Assembly (NCBI GenBank): GCA_964016885.1
Contig: OZ024762.1
Location: 868,001-932,000 of the forward strand
Length of the DNA stretch: 64,000 nt
Direction of reading: 5' to 3'
Origin: Eledone cirrhosa
Taxonomy: Eukaryota
Below are positions 39,677 through 64,000 of the stretch, in pieces. The position numbers were made by a program, and so were the translations under genes. Numbering within the stretch: position 1 is the stretch's first letter; each line of letters begins with the position of its first letter. The notes under the pieces are model-generated. The model made no database searches. It was not told the origin of the DNA and was given only the letters and a program-made list of their open reading frames with translations.

Positions 39677-42427
39677 CAGGGGTCGGCAACCTTTTGGAGA
39701 GAGAGGGCCAAACAGCTATGCAGTCTCATGGAGGAGGGCCATGTCATTAAATCTGTAAATAAATTTTCTGGAGGTTTAAAGCAAAACAAGGAATTTAATA
39801 TAATTTTATTATACAAGGCCCCTTATTTTACTGCAGGAATAACAAAAACAAAAAGAAAAAAAACTACAAACATATTCAACAAAAAAAAAAAGCAAATTCC
39901 TTATTTACTGCAGGAATAACAGAAAAACAACTACTATTACAATCAACAACAAAAAAAGCAAATTCCTTGTTACAAACGAAATACAGTTAGAAATGGTAAA
40001 TGATTTATTGAGACACTTGTTTCTGCTTATTGTGCGATAACTTCACATCAGGTGAAATATTTGTCGATGACAGGAGCAAAACATCATCCAGATGGTCGTC
40101 ACGCAACCTTGTTCTTAAATGACTTTTAGTATATTTCATTTTGGAAAAAAGTTGTTTACAAGCATATGTACTTCCAAACAATGATATCATCAGTTTCGCA
40201 TTGGTCAAGATGTTTTTATATTTTCCGCTTGCCAATATATATTTCTTGTAGAAGTCAGCAGTGGATTTGAACTGAAGTTTCGATTTCAAAGATTTGTCGC
40301 ACTGTGAGTCAATTAACTCCAACTGATATTCTTCTGCCACTTGCTCCACATCTGTTTCGTAAGGAGTACCAAATAACTTAAATAGAATTCCATATTGCCG
40401 GAAGTCAGCAAAACGAGAGGAAAACTCGCTTCTCAAATCCTTAATAGAGCTCACAAAGATGTCTGGTATTATATCTCTCTTGTGATTTTGGAGACTTGGT
40501 AAATGAGAGTAGTTTCCTTTTTGAAGTTGTGACACAGTTGAAGTTTTCTCTCAAAAGCAGTAATTTGATCAAACATCTCAAATACAACCTTGTTCTTTCC
40601 TTGAAGCTCAAGATTCAAAGTGTTCATGTGGGTCGTGATGTCCACTAAAAAAACTAACTTGACAACCCACTGTGGATCCTGAAAGTAAGAATTATCTTGG
40701 TCTTTGCTCTCTAAAAATATAGAAATCTCTTCTCTCAATGCATATACTCGTTCTATCATTTTTCCGCGGCTAAGCCATCGGACATTTGAAAAATGTGTAA
40801 GGTCGCCATACTCTGCTTCAATTTGTTTTAGAAATTCTTGAAACGGGCGGTGATTTAGTCCTCTTGACAGTATAAAATTCACTGTTTTCACGACCACTGC
40901 CATGATGTCCTTAAAATTCAGTGACTTTGCACATAATGCTTCTTGATGAATAATGCAATGAAGTTTGATTAGTTTTTGCTCAATACCGATGTGGTTTTGG
41001 AGCAATGCAACAAACCCCTTTTTCTCTCCAACCATTGCTGGTGCTCCATCTGTGATTACTCCAGAAAGCTTTGATAAATCCAGATTCATTTCGGTAATCC
41101 ATTTTATTATGCTTTCCAAAATATCTGCTCCAGTGCTAGTGTCCTTCATAGGAATCAATTGTACAAATTCTTCCACAATATCAAATGTTGGTGTTACACC
41201 CCTCACAAACACTGCAAGTTGACAAGTATCCTTCATATCTGTGGTTTCATCGATAGCAGATTATTTAAAATGCCCTCCAAGCCACTTCTGACTTTTGCTG
41301 CCAGCTCTTCAATTCGCCTTGTTACTGTTCTTGCCGATAAGTTGATCGCAGAAAATAATTCCCTTTTTTCTGGACAAACATCTGCTACCTTCAACAATAA
41401 TTCTTTGAAGAAATCTCCATCAGTAAAAGGTTTCATCCTTTCTGCAATTAGTTTTGACACCTCGTAGCTAGCATGAGTGTTTTCGGTCACTTTCTTCAAC
41501 TTTTCTAGTGAAAAAGGATGATTGGTTTGTTACATTATTTCTCAGCCGTGCAACTTCGTTTACTCGTGCTTTTCCAGTAAAACTGTTGTAATGATTATGA
41601 CGAGTTTCATAGTGCCGTTTAATATTTGAAACTTTCTTCACGGCAATGGTTTCTTGATAAATTAAGCAAACACATTTTCCGAAGTGCCCAAGTGTCCAGC
41701 CATCGTTAAAAGTTCGGCCCTCGAAATCCACTTTTCTTTTCTTAGTTTCCATGGGCTTGTTTTTGTTCAAACAAAAAAGATTTATGGGAAGGAAAAAGAA
41801 TAAAAAGTATAATAATCAGAATGAATAAATAAGAAACAATGAAAACAAATGTAAATGCAAATACAGTAATGCGATAAAATATGATAATTGTGAATAAATT
41901 ATATAAAACCAGGTTTCTAACAACGTTGTTAGATCAGGGTTGGCATTTGTTTTTTAAAACCACTAATTCTAATAATAATAATTCACACAATTTATCACAA
42001 ATAATTAAATAAACGTTATTATCGAATAAAGATACCTACTGTATAGTTGTTATACCACCAGACAACAAACTGAAATGAAAATACTCTAGGGAGGAGGGAA
42101 CGAAGTAATTTTTCCAAAGACAACTTTACCTAATCACAGGAAATAATAATACAGGTGATATAATGCTTGGCGGAAAACCCAGAAAAAGATGGATAAGAGG
42201 AAATAATAATAAATGGAAAATATAATAAGGTTACAAAGGTATCTGTAAATATATACGGTATGAGCAGCGATTTGTGATGGGCATCAGGTCAGCCCAACCT
42301 TGAAGTGAACTACTGTATCTGTATTCGATACTAATTAGATAATTAGTGTCCAGTGTAAGATGGCGGACCGGACAAAAATCACTCGAGGGCCGGATGTGGC
42401 CCACGGCCCGGGGGTTGCCGACCCCTG
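39677..42427 (-). mobile_element. Full-length hAT DNA transposon (Charlie/SPIN/Buster, GTF2IRD2-like transposase)
   Basis: 15-bp TIRs CAGGGGTCGGCAACC / GGTTGCCGACCCCTG. Imperfect 8-bp TSD GTTTATAC / GTTTAGAT. Internal transposase remnant. Confidence 0.95.
40005..41752 (-). pseudogene. Frameshifted hAT transposase
   Basis: Four overlapping ORF pieces: METKKRKVD...NIKRHYETRH; KPFTDGDF...LSARTVTRRIE; QLAVFVRG...ITDGAPAMVG...HCIIHQEALC...VRWLSRG; FGSTYACKQLFSKMK. At least three frameshifts. Confidence 0.92.
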
Positions 42428-43853
42428 GTTTAGATAATAATTACGTGAAAGTCAAACTTACCATTTTGTTGTTTTCAGCCATAACATGTGCTACATTTGA
42501 CAGACACATCTTTAGCCACACTTTCGGATTTTCATCGAGTAAAGTCAATTTTTATTTGGTATAATTTTAAATTCTTTTTATTCAGTTGTATAAAAATATA
42601 ATACTTACGAGACGAAAACACAAACAAATATAATATATACCAATATAAACACGTAAAAGAGAGACTAAAACCCCATAATATGTGTGTATAAATTATATTT
42701 GTTTGTTTTCGTTCTGTAAGCATTATATTATTGTATTTTAAGGCGGTGGATTGGCAGTATCGGTAGAGGCTCGGACGCCATGCTTTGACGTATAGAGTTA
42801 CGGCCCTTGCCATTCTGAGTTCAAATCCCGCCGAGGTTAACTTTGCCTTTCATCCTTACGGGGTCGATAAAATAAAGTACCAGTAATGCACTGGTTATTT
42901 GCTGGCCTTGTGCCTAACGTAGAAACAATTATTGTATTTTAAGTATAATTGATTTCTAAAAATTATATTGAATAAATTTTCTTCTTCCTCGTTCACTAAT
43001 TCTTAGTTAGGATGGTCGTGAGAGGGGTAGAGTCCTAAAACACTCCTTCCATCCGGTCCTGTCAGAAACAACCATCTTTAACTGATCTGGCTAGATCTCC
43101 AAGTGACACCAACTGAGATCATGAATGTTATATAACAGACAAACACACCTTTTTAGTCTTAGCTATATAACAGCTTTTGTTTAGGAATACAACAGAGAAA
43201 TAAGAAGAAATAAAACAATGAAATACATAGTGATGGTTTTTAAAAAAATGTAGTTTATTTATATATGTCAATTTATCAAGCAACAACCTTTAATAAAGTA
43301 TTTTTTTGTGTGTTTTACTTCAGATAAATAAACTAAACTGGTTTTCTTTTGTCTTCACTCCATCGACACACAAGAGCAGATATGATGCTAGGAATGTTCT
43401 AAACAGACCATATTTCTGTACAGCAAACAAGTATTCAATTTATTTTTGTCCCGAATATATTTAAACAGCAACGTAGGAGGAGGCACAGTGGTTGAAACAA
43501 TCATTACACAAATATTTTACACATGTGTGTGTGTTGTGTGTGTTGTTATACATATGTACATTGAGACGTGTGTGTGTATATATATATATATATATACATA
43601 TAAATATATATATAATAAATAAGAGAGATGGTTTTATTTGTACATCTTAATTATGATCAACCGACTTTCATCAACTGAATAATAATATATGTATATATGT
43701 ATATATATATATGTGTGTGTATAGATATATATACTCATTATCATCATCATCGTTTAACGTCTATCTTCCACGCTAGCATGGGTTAGATGGGTTTGTCCCA
43801 AGTTGGGTCAGGTGACCATGTCTTGCTCATATAGGAGTGTTATACATACACAC

Positions 43854-43887
<34 letters not shown>

Positions 43888-45404
43888 ATATATATATAAA
43901 TATATGCATACATACATATACATGCATAGTTATATATATATATATATACACACATATACATATATGAAAGATTAAGTAGGAGGATATCTAAATTTAGCAC
44001 AACTTGTGTTAAGTGGGATTACTCATACACACACTAACCCAAACACAGAAGATATATTTCAATGTAAGCCAGCTCTGTCTAGTATCTACCTAGAGTCTAA
44101 CAACCTTTGCTGTTTATATATTTTACCATTAACATATTTTCATGGTAAAGGCTTTATCTCACATAATATGGGATCTACGAGATTTTGATGATATTATTTA
44201 TTTTGAGAACAATACCTTAATGTCAGTATGAGCAGCCGATTATGGCTGGTTTTAACAGAAAGAGGTGAGAGAATTCTGGGCAGATATAACAGGTTTAAAT
44301 ACTAAAAAGTTCAATGCAACAGTTAAACCTTTAAAATAACTGCAGTTGCATCTAACCTCAATTAACTGCACAACTAACAGTAAAGTCACAGAACAGTTGT
44401 GTCTAACCCCAAACACTGACACATATATAAACGTGCTAATGTGCAATCCTCTTCGTTCGTTTATCAAACAACAACCCCTGTTGTCAGCAGTAAGGGTTTC
44501 TGTTTGATTATGTCTAAGGTGCTGTTAACTATATACGAAAGAATTATCAAAAATAGAAAAAATGCCAACAGTGACACCTAGAAAGATAAATGTATATCAG
44601 AATAAACCCCACAAAATTGATGTTTCTAAAGTATTTCTACCATCAGTGGAATTATATATCAGTTGATTGACAAGATCCCAAACCTCATTTGCTTAACGAG
44701 TGAGGTGGAGCGCATCAAATTGGTCTTTCCAATTGCTAATACTATTTACTGGTTGCAACTCCAGGTAGAAGGAGCAACGTGAAATAAAGTGTCTTGCTCA
44801 AGGAGATAACGCATCGCCCGGTCCGGGAATCGAACTCACAACCTCACGATTGTGAATCCAATTCTCTAACCAATCAGCCACATCCCTTCACTTCAGCGGA
44901 ATTATAACAGTTTAAAAGTTGCTTTTAATGTAAAATATTTTAATTCATGGGTGACTTCTGATCATCTGGTAGACATAGTTATATGTATTTGATATATTAT
45001 ACATAATTGATGATCCGTGTCTACAGATGCTGTGTGTGTACAGATGTGTACAGATGTCATAGATATCAGCAACTTATACCATTGATATCTCCAATGATGC
45101 TCAGACACCGTGGAAGAATGCTCTCTCGGGTGTGTAGAACCTCAAGTGTGTATTTGGGTCTACTCTAAGTTTTTTATTTTAAACTTTTTCCAGCTGAAGG
45201 GCTGTGGCCAACCTGGAGCACCACTGTTGGAACAATTTGTTTGTTTGTTTATTTTGATATACATATATGAACCTGAAAATATTCCAGAGACTTTAGTAAA
45301 CGAGGGAGATTCACATGTAGCGACTCGGTGCAATAAAATCTATTTACAACGATTATATTTAGTATATTTAGACTATCTTGTTATTGTTGTTGTTGTTGTG
45401 TCCA

Positions 45405-45640
45405 CAAAGTGTCAGTTACAAAGCTTGGCTAGATGTGGTTTCTGCCACAGCTGAACACATTGCTGTCCTTTCTCATTAAACTCTGTGCAAGGGTGTTCCA
45501 GCAAGGGGTATATTAGGAGGTGCTGCATAATCTGTGGCTTGATGCCGCAGTCACACACAATGTCCCCATCCTTTAAATATCCCCATTTTGCAAGATTGAC
45601 ACCAGATATTAGTCTGTTTAGGCATTTCCCCAACTACAAT
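45405..45640 (-). mobile_element. Non-LTR retrotransposon 3' fragment with CCHC-like tail
   Basis: LNRLISGV.NLAKWGY...CDCG..PQIMQHLL, followed by an (ACA)n tail. Confidence 0.55.
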
Positions 45641-46442
45641 TTAGACTATAAAATCTATTTATAGAAAGACCAGATTTTTTGTCTTTGCTGTAGAATTGTG
45701 TGTCTGCCAGCAGCCATGCTTATCAAGACCTTCAGACAAAGAAAAATATGGAATTGGTGCCACACACAGCAGTAGGTCACACTGGTCAAAGAATTGTCCA
45801 ATTCACAGATTGACAAACTAAATATATTTGTCAACAAAGGTGACGGCTTATTTGTTATCTGCAAAAATCACGTAACATCTAGTCGGTACTGTTCTTGAGG
45901 AAGAAAAGAAAATGTACGACTGAGGAAGGGGAAAACTCCTGAAGAGAGGGGAAAGTTCCCGAAAGGGGAAAAGCTCCTGATAGAGGAAAGTTCCTGAGAA
46001 GGGGAAGCTCCTGAAAAGGGGAAAACCTCCGTAATAAAAGGTAAAGAATCATGAAATAACAGTAAGTGGCTGTTGTTTCTTGTTTATAATTCTACAAGCA
46101 GTGACTTGATTTAATATAAAAATGGAATTTTATACAAAAATTTCATTACCTTTAATTTTTATTTATTTTTTCGGGGATCTAAGGGTAATTTATCCCACAT
46201 CAATTGACCCTCAACTAAACTTTCACTCGACTAACCCAAACTAATCGGTTCATTGGTTCCAAGGTCACATCATTTAAATGGTCCTTGAAAATAGTAAAAC
46301 TTTGATAATCTCTGGCAATATGAGAATAGGAATCTTACACGCACATATATATATATGTATATATATTTAAATATCTATCTATACACACACATACATATAT
46401 ATATAAATATATATATGTATATATATTTAAATATCTATCTAT

Positions 46443-46488
<46 letters not shown>

Positions 46489-46504
46489 TTAAATATCTAT
46501 CTAT

Positions 46505-46535
<31 letters not shown>

Positions 46536-46684
46536 CACCTGGATTTGGCCAGAAAAAGTCAGCAAAAGAATGTAAAACACACACATATATATATACATAT
46601 ATATACACACACATATATATATATATACATATATATACACACACATATATATATATATACATATATACACACACACACACACAT

Positions 46685-46715
<31 letters not shown>

Positions 46716-46789
46716 CACCTGGATTTCTCCAGAATACCTCAGCAATAGAAACTACAAAGTTTTGTTTGGCTGTTTGTCCATCTATCAGT

Positions 46790-46811
46790 CAGCCTATCTG
46801 TCTGTCTGTCC

Positions 46812-46850
<39 letters not shown>

Positions 46851-47046
46851 AGTCCGTCTATCAGTCAGCCTATCTGTTTATCTGTCAGTCTGTCTGTCTG
46901 TCTGTCCGTCAGTCCGTCTATCAGTCAGCCTATCTGTTTATCTGTCAGTCTGTCTGTCTGTCTGTCCGTCAGTCCGTCTATCAGTCAGCCTATCTGTTTA
47001 TCTGTCAGTCTGTCTGTCTGTCTGTCCGTCAGTCCGTCTGTCTGTC
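46790..47046. repeat. (TCTG)n-based compound repeat with 60-bp periodicity
   Basis: Successive 60-bp lines are identical. Confidence 0.9.
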
Positions 47047-47140
47047 CTGTTAGCTATAAAATGCTTCTAATCAAGATATTGAACCATTTATGTCAACAGT
47101 GTTCACTATAATCCCAATATAGACATGGGAAGGTTTTGAT

Positions 47141-47260
47141 GGATGAAATGGTCGTCACTCAGGCGGGGTCCCGGATGAAATGGTCGTCACTCAGGCGGGG
47201 TCCCGGATGAAATGGTCGTCACTCAGGCGGGGTCCCGGATGAAATGGTCGTCACTCAGGT
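47141..47260. repeat. 33-bp GC-rich minisatellite (~3.5 copies)
   Basis: Unit GGATGAAATGGTCGTCACTCAGGCGGGGTCCC. Confidence 0.9.
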
Positions 47261-48189
47261 GGTTCCCATCTCTACATTGCACGGAACATCAAACAAACTC
47301 CTTCATTTTCACGGTTCAGTGATTTTAAACAGAAAACAATAACAACAACAACTAATAACAATGGTTTCAGGTTTAGGCACAAGGCCAGCAATTTTTAAGG
47401 GAAGGAGGGGGGAGGTTCGATTAAATCGACCCACCCAGTGCATTACTGGTACTTTGTTTTATCGACCCTGTAAGGATAAAAGGCAAAGCTAACCTTGGTG
47501 GGTGGGATTTGAACTCAGTACGTAAAGGGACGTAACTCTATGCCACAAAGCATGTTGTTCGACACTCTACCGACTACTGCCAATCCAAACAATAATAACA
47601 ATAATAATAATAATAATAATAATGATAATAATAAAAATAATAATCGTAGTTTAAAAAAAAATAAAGAAAATTCTACAAAGGATAATAAATAAATAGATAT
47701 ATAAATACATAAAAAAAAGCAAAATATTTCACAGCCATATTGTTTTAAGGTGATGTCTGATGTTGGTACAATGTCCTGTTTCACTGTAGCTAGCTTTTCT
47801 TAGCTTCATCCAAAACAAATCAACCGATAAAACCAATATATATATATTTTCTACCCACCGGTCAAACTAGTGGTTTATATAGTAGTGGTAGTAGTAGTAA
47901 TGGTAATGGTAATGGTGGTAGTGGTAGTAGTAGTAGTAGTAGTAGTAGTAGTAATAGTAGTAGTAGTAGTAGTGGTAGAGCAGCAAACAGCTTGTACAGT
48001 CAAGTTATGAGTAGCTATACTACGGTTTACACACACGTAGTACAACAGTTAGATTTCTTCTCTCATTCATCACTAACAGAGAAGACAGACGGAGGTTTAC
48101 AGAGTTAGAAACCCATTAAAGATTTTTGTCTTTTGTCTTTTCAACTGTCTTTCTTCTTCTCCTTCTTGTTCTAGTCCTTCTCTGTTATC

Positions 48190-59124
<10,935 letters not shown>

Positions 59125-59471
59125 CTGCAAAACAGAAAAAGAAAACTTTCAGTTGTTTTTGTCACAAATGTTTGTCTTATTTGCTGAAAGTTTCTGTAAA
59201 CCACTTCACCATCCTCCTCCACCTCTATTGATCTCCTCTCTACTTTAGTGATGGCGGTGGTGAAGGTGTTGGTGGTAGTGGTGGTGAGGGTGGTGATGAG
59301 GGTGATGGTGAGGGTGTTGGTGTTGGTTGTTGTGGTGTTGGTGATAGTGATGGTGACAGTGGTGAGGGTGTGTGTGTGTATTAATGGTGTTGGTGAAGGT
59401 GGGGGTTAAGATGTTATACAACAAAAAAAATCACAATGAGGTAATAATACAAAAGGAGAAATATATAAGAA

Positions 59472-59810
59472 TCGGCTGAAAAGCTCATAGGCTGACCAAG
59501 ATACTCTCATGGAATGACCAAATGAGGTTTATTTTTCAACATAGTCCCTGGAAAGAAACAATGCAATTATTAATAAGAAGAGTTGAAATTAATGCATGCA
59601 AGATTTCACAGCTCTAACATCACTCTTTCATAGTCAGCCTATGACCAAGATACTCTCATGGAATGACCAAATGAGGTTTATTTTTCACAAAAGTCCCTAG
59701 AAAGAAACAATATAGTTATTAATAAATAAGAGTTGAAATTAATGCATGCAAGATTTCACAGCTCTAGCATCACTCCTTCCTAGTTAACCTATGAATGTTT
59801 CAGCTGATCT
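59472..59810. mobile_element. Probable mariner/Tc1-like non-autonomous remnant with internal duplication
   Basis: TCGGCTGAAAAGCTCATAGGCTGAC ... GTTAACCTATGAATGTTTCAGCTGA loose inverted ends. The segment is also present at ~49185-49242. Confidence 0.45.
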
Positions 59811-60876
59811 GTGTATATATCAATGAAAATTACATATAATAATAAAGTCAAGTAAAGACATTGCATGGCAGCGTGGGTTGAGAATCCCATAAAAAGGTCT
59901 CTCAGGATTTGGTGCAACATTTTACGTTCTCAGTTCAAATCTTGCTGATGTCAAATTTTGTTTCGTCTTTTTCATTTTTTTTATCACCCTTCCAGAGTTG
60001 TCGATAAATATAACAGCAACAAAGCATAAGGAATGATATATTTGACTCAGGGTTTCCCAAACTATTTCAAACACGGAACCCTTTTTTGGTGCAGAACCTT
60101 TTTCGGGGGACCCCAAAGTCTAATAGTGTTATATGGTCGTAATATAAATATACTCCTCTACCTTTTCTTCACGAAACTCTAGACACTCCTTTGGGGAACT
60201 CTAGACACTCCTGTTCTAGACTATACCCCACATCACGTAATTCCTAGCTGTATCTCTCCTATGTAAGTAAATATAATAAATAGCCATGGAATCCCATGGA
60301 AGATGAAGCATTTCAATACAGTTTCACGATGAGTGGTTTTCATCCAAGATTGCAAGGAAAAAGTTACACAGGATAAATAGGGGATTTTCAAAGGGAAAGT
60401 TATAGGAAATTGTGGGAGAGATTTATAGATAAATGGGATGTTTTCATTAAAAAAGAATTTAAACGAGAATTTATTTATTAAAATGTTTGTTTTACAAAGA
60501 TGATGTAAGTGGTGTTTTACTGGTGATGGTGGTGGTGGGGAGTGTTTCACTGATGATGGTGGTGGTGTTTCACTGATGGTGGTGGTGGTGGTGGTGGTGG
60601 GGTGTTGTTTCACTGATGGCAGTGGTGATGGCAGGGGTGGGAGATGGGGGAGGGGACACTGTTAAAATGTGGTACAAGGTTTAAAATGGGGACAACAACA
60701 ACAGCAATGTTGACAACAAACTATTCTTGTTACATTTTAAAAACAATTCAATGTCTTCTGATGTTGTTAGGAATGTTATTGTCTGTTAGATTACATAATA
60801 TATATCATCATCATTTTACGTCCGCTTTTCCATATATATATATATATATTATATATATATATATATATTATATATA

Positions 60877-60915
<39 letters not shown>

Positions 60916-60919
<4 letters not shown>

Positions 60920-61279
60920 AAAGGTAAACAGAAATAACAACACAATCAGTACAGTATATGGAAGGGATATATTAGGTTAACACTTGATATAGCAGGAAGA
61001 GGGTCTTAACGTTTCGGACACTAGTCCTTCATCAGAAGAAAGAATGAGAAATAAGATAGATTGAGGGGACGGGCGGGTTGGAATTGGAAAAAATGTCTTT
61101 AGATAAAAATAACAGGTCCATTCATGTCCCCTCAATCTATCTTATTTCTCATTCTTTCTTCTGATGAAGGACTAGTGTCCGAAACGTTAAGACCCTCTTC
61201 CTGCTATATCAAGTGTTAACCTAATATATCCCTTCCATATACTGTACTGATTGTGTTGTTATTTCTGTTTACCTTTTAC

Positions 61280-61280
<1 letters not shown>
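60916..61280. mobile_element. Inverted pair of Penelope-like pLTRs, each with a hammerhead core
   Basis: Arms of ~155 bp (60916-61070 and 61126-61280) are reverse complements. The + arm has UCUU-CUGAUGA-A-GGAC(UAGU)GUCC-GAAACGUU-AAGA at ~61157-61192. The pair is embedded in (TA)n. Confidence 0.8.
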
Positions 61281-61333
<53 letters not shown>

Positions 61334-61349
61334 CATATATACATATATA

Positions 61350-61448
<99 letters not shown>

Positions 61449-61600
61449 CATACATACATATATATATATACATACATATATATATATATATACATACATA
61501 TATATATATATATATATACATACATACATATATATATATATATACATACATACATATATATATATATATACATACATACATATATACATATATATATATA

Positions 61601-61634
<34 letters not shown>

Positions 61635-61734
61635 TACATACATATATATATACATACATATATATATATATATATATACATACATATATACATATATATA
61701 TATACATACATACATATATACATATATATATATA

Positions 61735-61768
<34 letters not shown>

Positions 61769-61830
61769 TACATACATATATACATATATATATATACATA
61801 CATACATATATACATATATATATATATACA

Positions 61831-61866
<36 letters not shown>

Positions 61867-61894
61867 TACATATATACATATATATATATATACA

Positions 61895-61930
<36 letters not shown>

Positions 61931-62035
61931 TACATATATATATATATATATATACATACATACATACATATATACATACATACATATATATATATATATA
62001 CATGTATGTATGTATATATATATATATATATATAT
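61281..62035. repeat. (TA)n/(CATA)n microsatellite
   Basis: Direct reading of the sequence. Confidence 0.97.
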
Positions 62036-62243
62036 GACACCCTTCCTAGTGCTGGTGATCTACATGATAAACACACCCAGTACACTCTGTAAAGTTGTCT
62101 GTGTTAGGAAGGGCATCCCGCCACTGTAGAAACCAAGCCAAATGCCAGATCCATAGCAACATGTTGTTGGGCTCCAGACTGAATCATCTCATCATGTGAC
62201 AACCCATCTAACCCATGCAAGTGGGTCGGGGATCGACATTAAA

Positions 62244-62517
62244 TGATGGTGGTGGTGGTGGTGGTGGTGGTGGTGGTGGTGGTGGTGTTGATGATGGTGG
62301 TGGTGGTGGTGTTGATGATGATGGTGATGATGGTGGTGCTGGTGGTGTTGATGATGATGGTGGTGGTGGTGGTGGTGGTGGTGGTGTTGATGATGATGGT
62401 GGTGGTGGTGTTGATGATGGTGGTGGTGATGATGGTGGTAATGGTGGTTGTGATGATGATGGTGGTGGTGGTGATGGTGGTGGTGGTGATGGTGGTGGTG
62501 GTGATGGTGATGATGAT
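62244..62517. repeat. (GGT)n/(GAT)n trinucleotide repeat, expanded SINE tail
   Basis: Follows the SINE 3' end ...GACATTAAATGATG. Confidence 0.9.
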
Positions 62518-62850
62518 ATATATATATATATTGTAAAGTCAGTCCCCACAGTATATCTAAGACTACATTATCAAATGTGTCCGTTCCACCTACTTTTTAT
62601 TATATTAATAACCACACATGTGTGTATGTATGTATGTATGTATGTGTGTGTGTATGTATGTGTGTGTGTATGTATGTGTGTGTGTATGTATGTATGTATG
62701 TGTGTGTGTATGTATGTATGTGTGTATGAGTATATGCACGTGTGTGTGTGTGTGTGGTAGAAACAGAGTGTGTGTGTGTGTGTATATGTGTACTATGACT
62801 AGGAATTAAGTGGACATGGGGAAACATGAAAGAAGAGTGAATAATGTATA

Positions 62851-62900
<50 letters not shown>

Positions 62901-63483
62901 TATATATATATACACACACACATATATATATATATACATACACACACACACAAACATATATATATATATATATAAAGGAAGAGAGAATGCATATGATGTG
63001 TATATATATAGGTATATAGGTAAAGCTGGTGGATGAGAGATGAGTGTCTGATATAAATATATATATATAAATATATATATATTATATATATTTATATATA
63101 TATATATAAACAAGTATGTATATATAATATATACATAGTTATTTGGTAGACTATTTTGCTATTCTGTCCATTGTTAATAGAGAATATATTTTGAAAACAA
63201 AATGTTTGACATTCAGATGTAAATAGACTAAAGAAAAGCAGAGAACACACAGACACACACATACATACATACATATATACATACATACACATACACACAT
63301 ACATTTCATTCATACATTGCATAATATATATACATATATACAGACATGCATATATATATGAATATATATATATATATATATATGATGGCTGCCCCCTCGT
63401 TATCGAGTATACATACAAACATATACATTGAATACATACATAACATACATATATATATGCACATACATACATATATACATACA

Positions 63484-63580
63484 CAGGGTGTCCCAAAAAA
63501 TGTATACACACTTCAATAGCATTCCAATAAATATTGCCTGTACAAGTAATCAATGTGTGTATACATTTTTGGGGGACACC

Positions 63581-63583
<3 letters not shown>
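63484..63583. mobile_element. ~100-bp Tc1/mariner-type MITE (related copies ~3503-3580, 4355-4433)
   Basis: CAGGGTGTCCCAAAAAATGTATACACAC ... GTGTGTATACATTTTTGGGGGACACCCTG inverted ends in dinucleotide tracts. Confidence 0.7.
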
Positions 63584-63649
<66 letters not shown>

Positions 63650-63867
63650 TTAATACAGAAATGGCTTCTATAGGAGTAGAACTAGAAATCATATTTTCTT
63701 TTGAATGAAACAGTTCTAGTCCTGTAGAAGCCATTTTTATATTAAACATCATGCATGTTTACACTCTACTAATGTATTGAGTACCTTACTGTGGTTACCC
63801 TCAATTGTACCTGGTACTCACACACACACACAGATACATGTATACATACATATATGTGTATATACAT

Positions 63868-63917
<50 letters not shown>

Positions 63918-64000
63918 ATGTATGTATATATATATAATTATTAAGGCTAAATAGTGAGTGTTGTTACTCTGGAGTTTCCTCTGTTGATCACAGGGTCTCA

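Overview
This is AT-rich, microsatellite-dense eukaryotic DNA; the repeat repertoire suggests a mollusc, probably an octopus (inference). Two convergent spliced genes were assembled by hand from splice sites and reading phase. The first is a complete PARP2-like gene on the + strand (18 coding exons, 1791-20694, 744 aa) with two N-terminal WWE domains, WGR, regulatory and HYE catalytic domains. The second is a 5'-incomplete OTULIN/FAM105-family gene on the - strand (59124-48190) whose catalytic Cys position is Gly and which carries a ~495-aa Ser/acidic extension. Between them lie an ~11.6-kb inverted duplication (23473-35053), a 4-kb 40-bp satellite and a full-length frameshifted hAT transposon. 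Each arm of the duplication carries an apparently identical GC-rich, hairpin-rich ~160-nt element with Pol III-like signals, a candidate unannotated ncRNA. Penelope-like remnants with hammerhead-ribozyme cores from at least three sequence families are scattered in (TA)n tracts. Most long ORFs in the track are repeat artefacts.
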